A stretch of DNA of 64,000 nt from Octopus bimaculoides (lineage: Eukaryota). A program made the translations under genes and the position numbers. Under the pieces are notes generated by a model. That model saw nothing but the letters and a program-made list of their open reading frames with translations. It searched no databases and had not been told where the DNA came from. The number at the start of each line of letters is the position of its first letter. Position 1 is the first letter of the stretch. Location: positions 1,831,851 to 1,895,850 of the forward strand of contig NC_069007.1 in assembly GCF_001194135.2 (NCBI RefSeq), read 5' to 3'. Shown here piece by piece: positions 1 through 11,078 of this stretch.

Positions 1-371
1 TATGTTTTATATTTTTGGTAAATCGTTCTTTGAATATGTTGGTAGTTAGTGAGACAGTGATTTGCCCACAGGAGATGTTCTAGTTTGTCTCACCGGCAGA
101 AGATGGCTGGTCTGGAAGGAATTATTGAAAATTAGCCAGGTGTTGTTTTTGAATTAGTACAAGTAGCAGTTACGTCTCTCTGTTCTGTTGAATATCTTTG
201 TCCCCTAAGGGAGTTATCATGACGGAATCTTTGGAATGTCGGACAGAGAACTCTACTGTGTAAGGGCCGTTATTATTTCTGTTATCATATGAAGCAAGGG
301 TTAAAGTGAACATCAACCATCCGGATATAAAAAATTGATCAAATATTGGGAGTGGCTTATTATTAATACAT

Positions 372-596
372 AAGGCGACGACTTTGCTGAATCGTTACCA
401 CTCCGGAGAAAGTGTTTAGTGATATTTCGCCTTCACATTCTGAGTTCCAATTCTGCCGAGGTCGAATTTACCTTTCATATTTTAATCGACTGCCTTTCAT
501 CTTTTCTGGGTTGATATCAATTCAGTAGCGGTGTTGATATCATTGATCTACCCCATCCACTGAATGCGCTGGTATCATACCAAATTTTGAAAACAG
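372..596 (+). mobile_element. tRNA-derived SINE, family A, diverged copy
   Basis: Aligns by eye with 1708-1920: B-box-like ttctgagttccaattctgccgaggtcga, then tttacctttcat, and 3' end ccaaattttgaaaac. Confidence 0.75.
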
Positions 597-613
597 TGCA
601 TAAAGTTTGTGCA

Positions 614-826
614 TGGTGGCCAGCTAGTAGAATCGTTGCCACGCCAAGGAATCATGCCTAGCGTCATTTCTTCCAACTTTACGTTCTGAGCTCAAAAGAT
701 TACCGGGGTAGATTTTGCCTTTCATCATTACAGGTGTCTATAAAATTATATATTAATTGAATACTGGGATTAAAGCAATCGATCTATCCCCTTCACTGTC
801 CTTGTACCGAAAACTTGAAATCAATA
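614..826 (+). mobile_element. tRNA-derived SINE, family A, diverged copy in tandem with the previous one
   Basis: ggtggccagctagtagaatcgttgccacgcc ... gttctgagctcaaa ... ttttgcctttcatc ... gtccttgtaccgaaaacttgaaatcaatat. Confidence 0.7.
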
Positions 827-1059
827 TATCAAGTTTCAGTCTTTCAACTTTTTTCATGATAGCCTAACACTGACAGCGATTTTCACCCATTGTTCCATTT
901 ATTTAATTATTAGGTACGACTCTAGTGACTGGGGCGGTACCTCAACAGATACTTTTTCTCAATGCATTCCTAATGGTGCATACCATAGCCGTGCAATTAG
1001 ATACCCAGTAAAGCACATTTTTACACACACATACACACACAACGTGAAATAATGATCAA

Positions 1060-1270
1060 AGATTCTCCAGCATTGGCCAAGCCATTGGTGTCACTGCCAT
1101 TACATATCTAGGAATACATTATCCGATGTCCCCTTGTGTTTTTAAGACGGTATGGCAACGTTTAAAAGAGCTAACATCTCTAGCAAGATTATTAATACCA
1201 CAGTTGCTCTCTCGTTGGCTGGCGTCTATTTTAGTTAGAGATTCAGGATTCTTTAAAACGCTAATATTCT
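1060..1270 (-). repeat. Interspersed repeat (motif ctgctagaaatagca family), diverged
   Basis: Reverse complement contains cttgctagagatgttagc...ccgtcttaaaaa; related motif cctgctagaaatagca recurs at ~30474 and ~31215. Confidence 0.4.
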
Positions 1271-1707
1271 TATGGGAATATTGTTCCATCTAGCCACTCT
1301 TTATTTGTGACGTATGCAGATATTGTGTAGTTTATACAAACTTCAGATGAGGGCGAATAAAATCCTGAATTTGCATCTTTCTTCATAAAGCATATCTTTA
1401 GTTTAGCTGCAATAGTATGACAGTAAACAAACAAGTTTTGCTGGAAAACCTTGGGGGCGAGGTTCATCTGTTTGAGAAGTATTATATTATGTCGTATTGC
1501 AGCTTTTGCAATATCTAACAAAAGATCTGAAATGGTGAATTCTGGCATATTCTACCAGAAACGTTTAACAAGCAATTACCAACTGGCTAGCAGATATTAT
1601 TTCATACATAATATATTTATTATACCCTGCAAAAGAAAACTATATTTCGAAAACACCCATATAATCAATAACACTAATATTTAGGCGATAGGATTAATTT
1701 CGGCAAC

Positions 1708-1920
1708 AAGGTGGCGAGCTGGCAGAAGCGTTAGCACGACGGGGGAAATGCTTAGCGGTGTTTCATCTGTCTTTGTGTTCTGAGTTCAAATTCCGCCGAG
1801 GTCGACATTACCTTTTATACTTTCTGAGTCGATAAATTACGTACCAGTTGCGTACGGGGGTAGATCTAATCAACTTCCCCCCTCTCCCACAAAACATTTC
1901 GGGCTTAGAGTAGAAGAAAT
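1708..1920 (+). mobile_element. tRNA-derived SINE, family A, near full length
   Basis: A-box-like ggcgagctggcagaagcgttagc, B-box gagttcaaattcc, body gccgaggtcgac...gataaattacgtaccagttgcgtac, tail ttagagtagaagaaat; at least 11 homologues in the window. Confidence 0.9.
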
Positions 1921-1984
1921 TCGTTTCATGAACACATTTGTATCTTTAAATAGGGATGTGTGTTTAAGAAAATCGTTTTGCAAT

Positions 1985-2260
1985 CATATGCTTGTGTTCA
2001 GTCCAATCGCATGGCACGTTGGATAAATGTGTACTTCTATATATTGCGGGTCGACCGTTCTCTTGAAACTGAATGAAGCCTGTTGTATTTACATTTGTGT
2101 GTCTATTTATTCATGTGTTCCCCCCATCCCTTGACAACCGATATTGGTGTGCTTACGTTCCCGTAACTTAGAATAAGTACTGGGCTTACAAAGTCCTGGG
2201 TTCGATTTGTGTGACTAAAGGCGATGACCCAACATATCCGAAGTCAAATGACTGAAACGA
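1985..2260 (+). mobile_element. tRNA-derived SINE, family B, diverged
   Basis: gaaactgaatgaagcc, ttgacaaccgat..ggtgtg.ttacgt.cccgtaacttag and tail agtcaaatgactgaaac match the reverse complement of 6395-6796. Confidence 0.75.
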
Positions 2261-2267
2261 GCATATG

Positions 2268-2392
2268 TTTACGTCTACCAAATCCACTGGCAAGTGATTG
2301 GTCGGCCGGAGTCTATAGTAGAAGACGCTTGCCCAAGTTGGGACTGAACCCGGAAATATGTGTTTGGGAAGCAAGCTTCTTACCACGCAGCT
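2268..2392 (-). mobile_element. SINE family B, 5' half
   Basis: cgtctaccaaatccact...ctatagtagaagac.cttgcccaag...gggactgaacccggaa...agcaagct.cttaccac matches 6661-6790. Confidence 0.8.
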
Positions 2393-3049
2393 GTGTATAT
2401 TATTTAGAACTGTTTGATTTGGTTCCTTGCTACTTAAAATGTCCAACAGAAGCCCGTAGTTCACGGTGGCTACCATAAGATAAACTCCTATTGGTGAAGG
2501 TGGATCATATGATGTATCAACGAATATCATTAGTTTTTTAGCGACAACAGTTCGTTTCGAAAGAATTTCTTTGACTGCGTTGCTACTTCCTGTTCAGCCA
2601 CGCGGTCAAAAAAATTCTTCTAAATGAACTGGTGTCGCTGAGCATCTGATATTCTTTGGTAACACCATGTGACCCGCCTTGGCCAACAGCTGACTATCTT
2701 CCCGTAGGCATCTTGCATTCTCTGTATCTTATCATTCCGTACTATATCACCCGAAAGAGACGGGCTTCTCTGCTAGAGAGCTTCGAAACATTACGTTGCT
2801 GGAATCAGATCAAACTCTCATTTAAAGTATACAAGTAACTCCTAAGAAATGTGTTGCGTACCCTCTTCTTGGATTTTTATATNNNNNNNNNNNNNNNNNN
2901 NNNNNNNNNNNNNNNNNNNNNNNNNNNNNNNNNNNNNNNNNNNNNNNNNNNNNNNNNNNNNNNNNNNNNNNNNNNNNNNNNNNNNNNNNNNNNACATTTA
3001 CACATATACATGTATATGCCTACATATATATGTATATATACATGTATAT

Positions 3050-3830
3050 ATGGGTACAGAACGTCGAAAAATCGTGAGCAAAATAGAAAACGAAAACATA
3101 AAAAACAAAAACATGGAAAACGAACTTCTTTCCGAACAACGAAAGAAACATACAGAAACGAGACAGGCAACATAAAGAACATCCCTTTCATCTGTTTTCT
3201 CTGTTCTATCTACTCTGCGTTTCGAACACTTGAGACAAGACGCGACTTCGTTAAAACAGTCGTTCCCGCAAAGCGAATTTTCAAAATATTGGGATTTGCG
3301 GAGGGTTAAAATAGTGACAAAAGCAGAATAGTTAGAACAAACCAGTAAAAACAAACGACGAGGGCGGTTAAGCCATAACGTGGTGAACGCTGGAGAAACG
3401 AGCTTGATAAGAGACAGGCAAAAGCAAATGGAAGTAAGAAATATAGATAGAGAGAATGAAGGAGGAAGAGTGAGAAAACGGTGAAGGGGAGAGCAGATGA
3501 ACGTATGTATATATGTATGTGTATGTATGTACATATAGATAGATAGATAATATAATATATATATATATAAGTTCAAAAAAACAATAACAAAAAAACAACA
3601 AAGTGAGGACGTGATACGGATAGTGTTATTGGAAGCTCGGGAAAGGAAAGAGAGAGTGTATGACGTTTCGGGCGTAGCCCTTCGTCGGAAAGATGGAAAG
3701 TTCGGAGAATGGAAGAACGGAGAAAGAGGAAAATGGTACCGATGCCCACGAGTTTACATTGTGAAAAGACCGGAAGAGGAGGTGGTGGGGGAAAAGTTCT
3801 TTCTAACACAGCAGAGTGAAAAAGGGAGAT
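3050..3830 (-). mobile_element. Penelope-like terminal-repeat element with two degenerate hammerhead motifs
   Basis: Minus strand 3694-3655 reads CCGACGA AGGG CUACG CCC GAAA CG UC; 3259-3206 reads CUGUU UUAACGA AG...UC GAAA CGCAGAG UA GAUAG; split by a (TA)/(GATA) tract. Confidence 0.55.
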
Positions 3831-5014
3831 GAATATCTGTGCGTGCGCGAGAGTCTGCGAGTGTGTGTGTGATAACAGAACGTGTGTGTGCGTATGTATG
3901 TGTGTGTGTGTGTGTGTGCATGGTTTGGTGGTTNNNNNNNNNNNNNNNNNNNNNNNNNNNNNNNNNNNNNNNNNNNNNNNNNNNNNNNNNNNNNNNNNNN
4001 NNNNNNNNNNNNNNNNNNNNNNNNNNNNNNNNNNNNNNNNNNNNNNNNNNNNNNNNNNNNNNNNNNNNNNNNNNNNNNNNNNNNNNNNNNNNNNNNNNNN
4101 NNNNNNNNNNNNNNNNNNNNNNNNNNNNNNNNNNNNNNNNNNNNNNNNNNNNNNNNNNNNNNNNNNNNNNNNNNNNNNNNNNNNNNNNNNNNNNNNNNNN
4201 NNNNNNNNNNNNNNNNNNNNNNNNNNNNNNNNNNNNNNNNTGTTGTGTATATGTGCGTTGCTGTGTACGTGTGTGTGCGTGCGTTTGCTATTGTAAGTGC
4301 GGGTGTTGTTTATGCCCATGTGTGTGTGATTTATGCGTGTCTGTGTGAGTGTGTAGTGTTGGTGAGAAGTGTGTGTGTGTGTGTATGTGGGTGTGTGTGT
4401 GTATGTGTGTGGATGTGCGTGTGTGTGTGGGATTGTGAGTGTTAGGTACGGGTGTATGTATGTAAGTATAAGTTTGTGTGTGTATTAGTTGTTTTCCTAG
4501 TCTACACCTCAGTAACCTAACGGTTCGACATAGAGGTTGCCTGTTCCATAATAATTACCAGACTTTAAAGAATAATGAATGTAGTGAGGTCAATTTATGC
4601 GACTTTCTCTCCAACGTTTTGCCACATCATGGCCATTCTCCAATGATTGGAATCAATATTAGATAAAAGATATTAAATGTTTACACAACTCATACTAAAT
4701 AGATTGAAAATACGTTTTATTGCAAATAACAAAGAATAGCAGAGTATGTGACTTGTTTTCCATCGTTTTATTTCATAGCTAAATTAACTGTCGTTGCATT
4801 GTGCATCGAGTATGTACGTATGTACTTTCGATTATGCCTATAAACTGCCCCAATGCTACCATTTACAAATCGTTAGAACACTCAGAATTTTAAAACATAA
4901 ATTACAAACCAAGACAAATCATCAGCTCATAAAACGGGGGGAAAAAAACGTTTAGATTAAAGCTTTTTTTTATTTATATGTAACTGATCTCTCATATTAA
5001 ATTGTATGTTAAAG

Positions 5015-5275
5015 ATTGTAAATTCTCTTCCAATCGTGGCACTCCGTCGGTTACGACGTCTAGAGTTCCAGTAGATCCGATCAACCGGACAGCCTGCTCG
5101 TGAAATTAACGTGTAAGTGGCTGAGAACTCCACAGACACGTGTAGTCTTAACGTACTGCTCGGGAAGGTTCAGCGTGACACAGAGTGTGACAAAGGTGGC
5201 CCCTTTGAAATACACGTGCAACAGAAACCCCCTGCCGAACCCTCGTGGGGCTTTAGGTGCTTTCTATCCCTATGA
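5015..5275 (-). mobile_element. SINE family C, 3' part
   Basis: gcctgctcgtgaaattaacgtgtaagtggctgagaactccacagacacgtgta matches the reverse complement of 34540-34610 and 62826-62880. Confidence 0.75.
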
Positions 5276-6394
5276 CTTAAGATTTGTTTTTCATGCCCTT
5301 GCGTACAATATCAGGCTATTTTGCTGAATAACAGAGTTATGGGGAAGTAAACTAATCAGCAATGATTCTCAGTGGAGGTTCTGTGAAACACACATATATA
5401 CACACAATCACATATACACATACTCGCACGCATACACATACATAGACACACACGCGCGCGCGCAATAACATTACAATATTTATAGATCTTTTAACCTGGT
5501 ACTTCATTGATTGGGTTCCCATAATGCTACGGGATTGAATACGCATCGACACAAGTTGGCAAGTGGTGATTTGGGAGAAAAGTAACTCAAACAAAATTAC
5601 TCATACCTGCACTCACACACACACACACAAGGTGTCAAAGTGATTTGAACTATATATCGAAGTTGCTGAGCAGTGGTCCGTTGTCGAATAACACATGCCC
5701 TGCAAAGTGAAATTCTTAAACACCCGGCGTTATGTTCTTAACTGAACTTCGCCATAAAATTGACAAGTTAACGCTGCATAAATTACAGTGCAAAGTGCTT
5801 GTTACAATTATCAGAATGTAGGAGTATGAGAGACGTATTTTATTTACCGCTGCATATATGCCATTTTATGACATTCCCTTTTTGATATCTTCCTGTAGAT
5901 TCCTTACAGCCAGGGTGTTATTATAATGTATTTTATATCTAGAATGAATACGAATCACAAAATTAGAAGTTCCTGCTTTACCATTCTTTTAACGTTAAAC
6001 GTGCTCAATGTACAATAGCTTCATTTTCATATAAATACAATTATCACCCATTTGCAAGATTAATGTCTCCAATTTGATTGAAATTCTGCAGAAACTGTTT
6101 ATTGCTTACGGATATAGTGTGTCAGTCAGTCAATGTGACTCACGGATGCTAGAAGCAAGAACACCTTCTGCAGAATTTATTCAAACAAGATTTTAGATGT
6201 GAGTTTCATTTATACTTTCAATCCCACCAATCTTACAGGCTTTCTAAGAACTACAAACACTCACTAAACCATACATGTATTAATATCACAATATGTCCAA
6301 TCTTTGATGACCTCATCAATGAAGGCTATCAGACAGTATTAAACAAAATATTCTCGCGCGTACACACACTCACACGCACCCAAACACAATGATA

Positions 6395-6796
6395 TCTCTT
6401 TTACTCTTTTACTTGTTTCAGTCATTTGACTGTGGCCATGCTGGAGCACCACCTTTAGTCGAGCAAATCGACCCCAGGACTTATTCTTTGTAAGCCTAGT
6501 ACTTATTCTATCGTCTCTTTTGCCGAACCGCTAAGTTACGGGGACGTAAACACACCAGAATCGGTTGTCAAGCGATGTTGGGGGGACAAACACAGACACG
6601 CAAACATATACACACACATACATATATACACATATATACGACGGACTTCTTTCAGTTTCCGTCTACCAAATCCACTCACAAGGCTTTGGTCGGCCCGAGG
6701 CTATAGTAGAAGACACTTGCCCAAGGTGCCACGTAGTGGGACTGAACCCGGAACCATGTGGTTGGTAAGCAAGCTACTTACCACACAGCCACTCCT
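6395..6796 (-). mobile_element. tRNA-derived SINE, family B, full length and apparently young
   Basis: Minus strand head aggagtggctgtgtggtaagtagcttgc (A box) ... ccgggttcagtccc (B box), internal (TA/TG) microsatellite, tail cagtcaaatgactgaaacaagtaaaagag. Confidence 0.9.
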
Positions 6797-7161
6797 ATAT
6801 ATTTATGAAAAAGAAATCTGCTTACTCGTGTGTTACCTCTACAATTTTAAAAGATATATATTTGGACCGATAACTTTAAATAAATTCACTGAAGTGATTC
6901 CCTTCTGCAATCATAGGTTTTCCTTCACTTTCTTGAAGCTATATAGAAATAAAAATAGAAAATAGAAATATAAATAAGATTATTTGTCGGCGTTAAGGTG
7001 ATTTGAAACCTGGATGATTACATTAGTTACAACAGCCAATTTGAATTCTGTTTTTATTCATGACGTGGACTAGTTTTTCCCACTTGACTATATAAGCCAA
7101 TCATAGACAAAAAATTTTTTTTTTTGTTTTTTTGCATGTCCTCATGTTTGTTTGTAATTGT

Positions 7162-7235
7162 TACCATGAGGAGGGGGTCATCACTGGATTGCACTATGAC
7201 GTGTATGGACTACGGTAGTGAAATGGCCATAGGTG
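7162..7235 (+). ncRNA. Degenerate type I hammerhead ribozyme motif
   Basis: UACC AUGAGGA [46 nt] GAAA UGGCCA U A GGUG: stem I UACC/GGUG pairs, stem III is the palindrome AUGGCCAU; core C3 is mutated and stem II decayed. Confidence 0.45.
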
Positions 7236-7384
7236 CTTGTGTGTGTTTTGACCTATGTTTTTTGACCAGTGGTCTTTATGAACTTTTGTAAGTTTGGTGG
7301 GGTGGGCAGAAACGGATTTTACCTATGGAAGTCTGCTGTTATTACGTGTACCTTGAGAGATCGGAAGAGCGTCGNNNNNNNNNN

Positions 7385-7695
7385 TGGCTTAGTGGTTAGA
7401 GTATCTGGCCCACAATCATGAGGTGGTGATTTCGATTCTTGGACTGGGTTATGTGTTGTGTTCTTGGGGACGCCACTTTATTTCACGTTGGTCAAGTTCA
7501 GTCTTCGGTAGAAATAACTTGCGACGCCAGTGGTACCTTTGTCTTTCATTTTGATAGCATTTTTGGGTGTTATGCTTGGTTGACCGCTGATCTTCGATAA
7601 AAGCAAACTTGCACTGACCTGTGCGTCGGAGGGTAGCGTCCAAAGTGCAATCCCAGGGTCATTCATGATTGAAGGGGCGCTTTACACTTTACCCA
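7385..7695 (+). mobile_element. tRNA-derived SINE, family C
   Basis: A box tggcttagtggttagag, B-box-like gatttcgattc, central gtgttgtgttcttg...ctttatttcacgttg shared with 34400-34460 and 63850-63900. Confidence 0.8.
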
Positions 7696-7751
7696 TTTAC
7701 ATAGAAACAATGCAGTCTATCTATCTATATATCTATCAATGTGTCTGTCCG

Positions 7752-7794
<43 letters not shown>

Positions 7795-7796
<2 letters not shown>

Positions 7797-8031
7797 TAAT
7801 CGTCAAGTTTAGGGGGATAAAAAAATATTCAAGGGAAGTAACTGAACGTCTTACCAGTACTCTCCGTACATCTCTGTTTATAAATAAATCACACACGTGA
7901 TTTGATTGACGTTAGTGTTATGGTGTGATTTATTTATAAACAGTTAGAAGAAAACGGATAATACTGGTGTCGTTCAGTTATTTCCCTTGAATATTATTAT
8001 TTTTTTTATCGCCCTAAACTTGAAGATTACC
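7795..8031. repeat. Foldback (long inverted repeat) element beside (TA)n
   Basis: Arm 7795-7894 ggtaatcgtcaagtttaggg...gtttataaataaatcacac is the reverse complement, with a few substitutions and indels, of 7923-8031; spacer ~28 nt. Confidence 0.9.
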
Positions 8032-9422
8032 TGCATAGATATATATATATTACAGGAAATAGAGAAATACCATATATATTGCTGGATTTATGCATGTATG
8101 TATATTAAACAGCTATAGCAGAGAAATATCATAAACCGCATATTCATGCATCTACACATGCACACTTATATAAACGCATGTATTGTGTTGTAAAAGAGAA
8201 GGAAAGAGAATGCATGTGCGATTGTGTGAGAGAGAGATAGTGGGAGAAATCAAACATATACGTAATATTCTGGAAAGAATTCTCCACCGTCACTGAGATA
8301 TAACGAGAAAGGAATAATATTGATCTTATTAAGAAAAAAATGTATGCCACCACAGCCCACTCCACACTCTTATGGTCAAAACGAAAACACAAGTCTAAGA
8401 CATACAGGAAAAATAAAACACTATATTGAAAATATAGAATATGATTATGAACTGCAATGAATCAATCAAACGTACGAAAGAAAAGGAGAAACAAAAGAGA
8501 AAAGGGAAAAGAAATGAAAAGAAAAGAGCGTGCTTGGTATTACTGAAATTACTCGGACGGAATACTGTAGCGAAAAATAATACAAAACGGTATCAAAATA
8601 TTGCAAGCAACCAAATGAACAAATCGTGTTGATATTATTTGGAAGAAGAAGAAAAAGAAGGGAAAAAAATGGTATTATTCAGAAGAAGGAATAAGAAAAA
8701 TGAAGAAGCCGAAGTAAGAAATATTAGCCATGATGATTGAAATAAATCATTTTCACTTCTTAATTTCTTCCACTTTCAATTCGAAATACTTGTTGTTAAG
8801 AGGAAAATTAAAATGGCTGTTATGAAAGTTATATGTCATATATTTCCTCTTGGCAAAAACATTCGATTAAAAGAGAAAAAATAAAGGGAAAAGCAAATTG
8901 TGGATAAGAAAATGAAAGAAAATGCTAAAAAGAGAAAAAAAAACGTGTAGGAATCCTACCTAACACCAAAAGATCAGAAAAATATTAATAGTTCAGTTCA
9001 GCAAAACAATTTATTTACTTCATCCGCATCAACTTGTTCTTTTTATTAGTTACGCTTTGTTCTGTTGCATCTTTTTTTTTTCCTTAGTATATCCCTTTCT
9101 TCTGTACTTTTTCCAACAATCCGGGATAATTATACATATTCAGACATTCATACATACCTACGCATATCATACATGAAAAACTGAAATCAATATATGTGTG
9201 TATGCGTGTGCGCATGTGTGTGTGTGTGTGCGTGTGTGTGCGTGTGTGTGTGTGTGTGTGTGCGTTCAATTCGTGACGTAAAGGCATCGTGCTTGGCACC
9301 ACATGAATGGCATGGTATGCACGAAGAATTTTTACGCCGGTTTCTTACATGGCACACAGCTCGAATCTGAAATCACATTTCTATCTCCTACCGAGTAAAA
9401 ACAAATATACACATGGCACATG

Positions 9423-9537
9423 GTGTCACTGTGTGATACGAAGCTTGTCCCCTACCACATGGTTCCGGGTTCAGTTCCATTCCGTGACCACGGTCTTGTG
9501 AGTAGATTTGGTAGGCGGAAAGTGAAAGAAGCCCATC

Positions 9538-9575
<38 letters not shown>

Positions 9576-9915
9576 NNNNNNNNNNNNNNNNNNNNNNNNN
9601 NNNNNNNNNNNNNNNNNNNNNNNNNNNNNNNNNNNNNNNNNNNNNNNNNNNNNNNNNNNNNNNNNNNNNNNNNNNNNNNNNNNNNNNNNNNNNNNNNNNN
9701 NNNNNNNNNNNNNNNNNNNNNNNNNNNNNNNNNNNNNNNNNNNNNNNNNNNNNNNNNNNNNNNNNNNNNNNNNNNNNNNNNNNNNNNNNNNNNNNNNATA
9801 GAATAAGTAGTAGGCTTTTAAAAATAAGTCCTGGGTACATATCCGGCAAGAGCCCTGGAAGGCCATGCTCCAGCATGGCCGCAGTTATATGACTGAAACA
9901 AGTAAAAGAATAGAA

Positions 9916-9918
<3 letters not shown>
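9423..9918 (+). mobile_element. SINE family B spanning an assembly gap
   Basis: Head ccacatggttccgggttcagttcc...gatttggtaggcggaaagtgaaagaagccc, then (TA)n and N gap, then tail ccagcatggccgcagttatatgactgaaacaagtaaaaga. Confidence 0.85.
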
Positions 9919-9954
<36 letters not shown>

Positions 9955-9956
<2 letters not shown>

Positions 9957-10062
9957 CATCATCATCATCATCATTCAACGTCCGATTTTCATGCTAGCAT
10001 GGGTTGGAAGCTTTGGCGGAGGACTGGCAAGCCAGGGAACTTCACTAGGCCCGACTATCCTT
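9955..10062 (-). mobile_element. 3' tail of a retroposon (RTE-type LINE or SINE) ending in (GAT)n
   Basis: (ATC)n followed by aacgtccgattttcatgctagcatgggttgga; recognised as a retroposon tail from memory, no second copy in the window. Confidence 0.4.
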
Positions 10063-10207
10063 TCTTATTTGATGATATTTGATATTTGTATAATATACTT
10101 ATAGAAGAATTTGTCTTCAAAATATATTAGACATGTGTATATTAGATAAAACTATCCCTGAAAGAGGTTCATATATGATAATAGTAGCTATATATACATA
10201 TACACAG

Positions 10208-10247
<40 letters not shown>

Positions 10248-10317
10248 GTATTTATGTATATATGCAAATTTATACACACAGAGATACGTACATATATATA
10301 TGTACGTACATACAACT

Positions 10318-10384
10318 CTATAAATATAATATGTGACAATTAGTTGGTTGTCATAATCAACTAATTGTCACATTATATTTATAG
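10318..10384. repeat. Short near-perfect inverted repeat (27-bp stem, 11-nt loop)
   Basis: ctataaatataat(at)gtgacaattagttg / caactaattgtcacattatatttatag. Confidence 0.85.
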
Positions 10385-10803
10385 ATAAATTCCTCTATTT
10401 TACGTAATATCGAAGTCTCATTCATTCTTTTGTTGTCATATTATTATTATTATTATTAATATATATACAATGTTGTATCTTTGCATCTCTATGCATTTGC
10501 ATATGTAACAGAATCCAATAAATGGTTGCTTTGTTGATCCATCGCTGTTAGATACTCAGGTGTACTTGGGGCATCCAGTGTTGATCTTCAAATAACTGCA
10601 ATGGTGAAACACACCTAAGAACCAATTAATTATAATTATTAACTTATTACTCCACTAGATATACCCAGTATATCATAACTAGATTCGCTGCTACGTAGAT
10701 TTTATGTAATTCCTATTCTGCAACCTGACTGGAAAATGATAATCTACGTGGAGCTCTTACTTGTACATTAGTAGTCGATCATCTAACTACACCAGATATA
10801 TAT

Positions 10804-11078
10804 TCTCCTCGACCTACGACCGATTTCCCTTCCGACTGACTGGTCATAAGTCGATTTAGTCGTATGTTGCATTTATATTTTTCAACACTATTCCAATTCC
10901 AACGTAACCGATGCTGGAAAGCGACAGTAAGAGACAGCGGCAGGCAGTAGGTGGTATGGGTCTGAGGAAGGCCTGCATTGCCAGATGCTGCGGTAGTTCT
11001 ATCTATTTCGTTATTTTCTTTGGTTTTAAGTGCGTATAGTTGTAAGTTGCATAGACCGTAAGTCGAGGAGACGGTTTA
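10804..11078. mobile_element. MITE-like relic with pogo/Tigger-type terminal inverted repeats
   Basis: Left tctcctcgacctacg (10804) vs reverse complement of right end taaaccgtctcctcgacttacg (11057-11078); TA at the right boundary. Confidence 0.5.

Noticed and set aside
1270-1548. 92-aa minus-strand ORF MPEFTISDLL...
   Set aside because: No recognisable domain or splice context; it sits between repeats and runs into an interspersed repeat.
2745-2800. cccgaaaga...gcttctc/gagagc...gaaacattacgtt, hammerhead-like
   Set aside because: The core does not match CUGANGA and stem I does not pair.
10520-10615. Possible minus-strand exon after ttcttag
   Set aside because: Stops appear within ~70 nt in all frames, there is no good donor site and no recognisable peptide.
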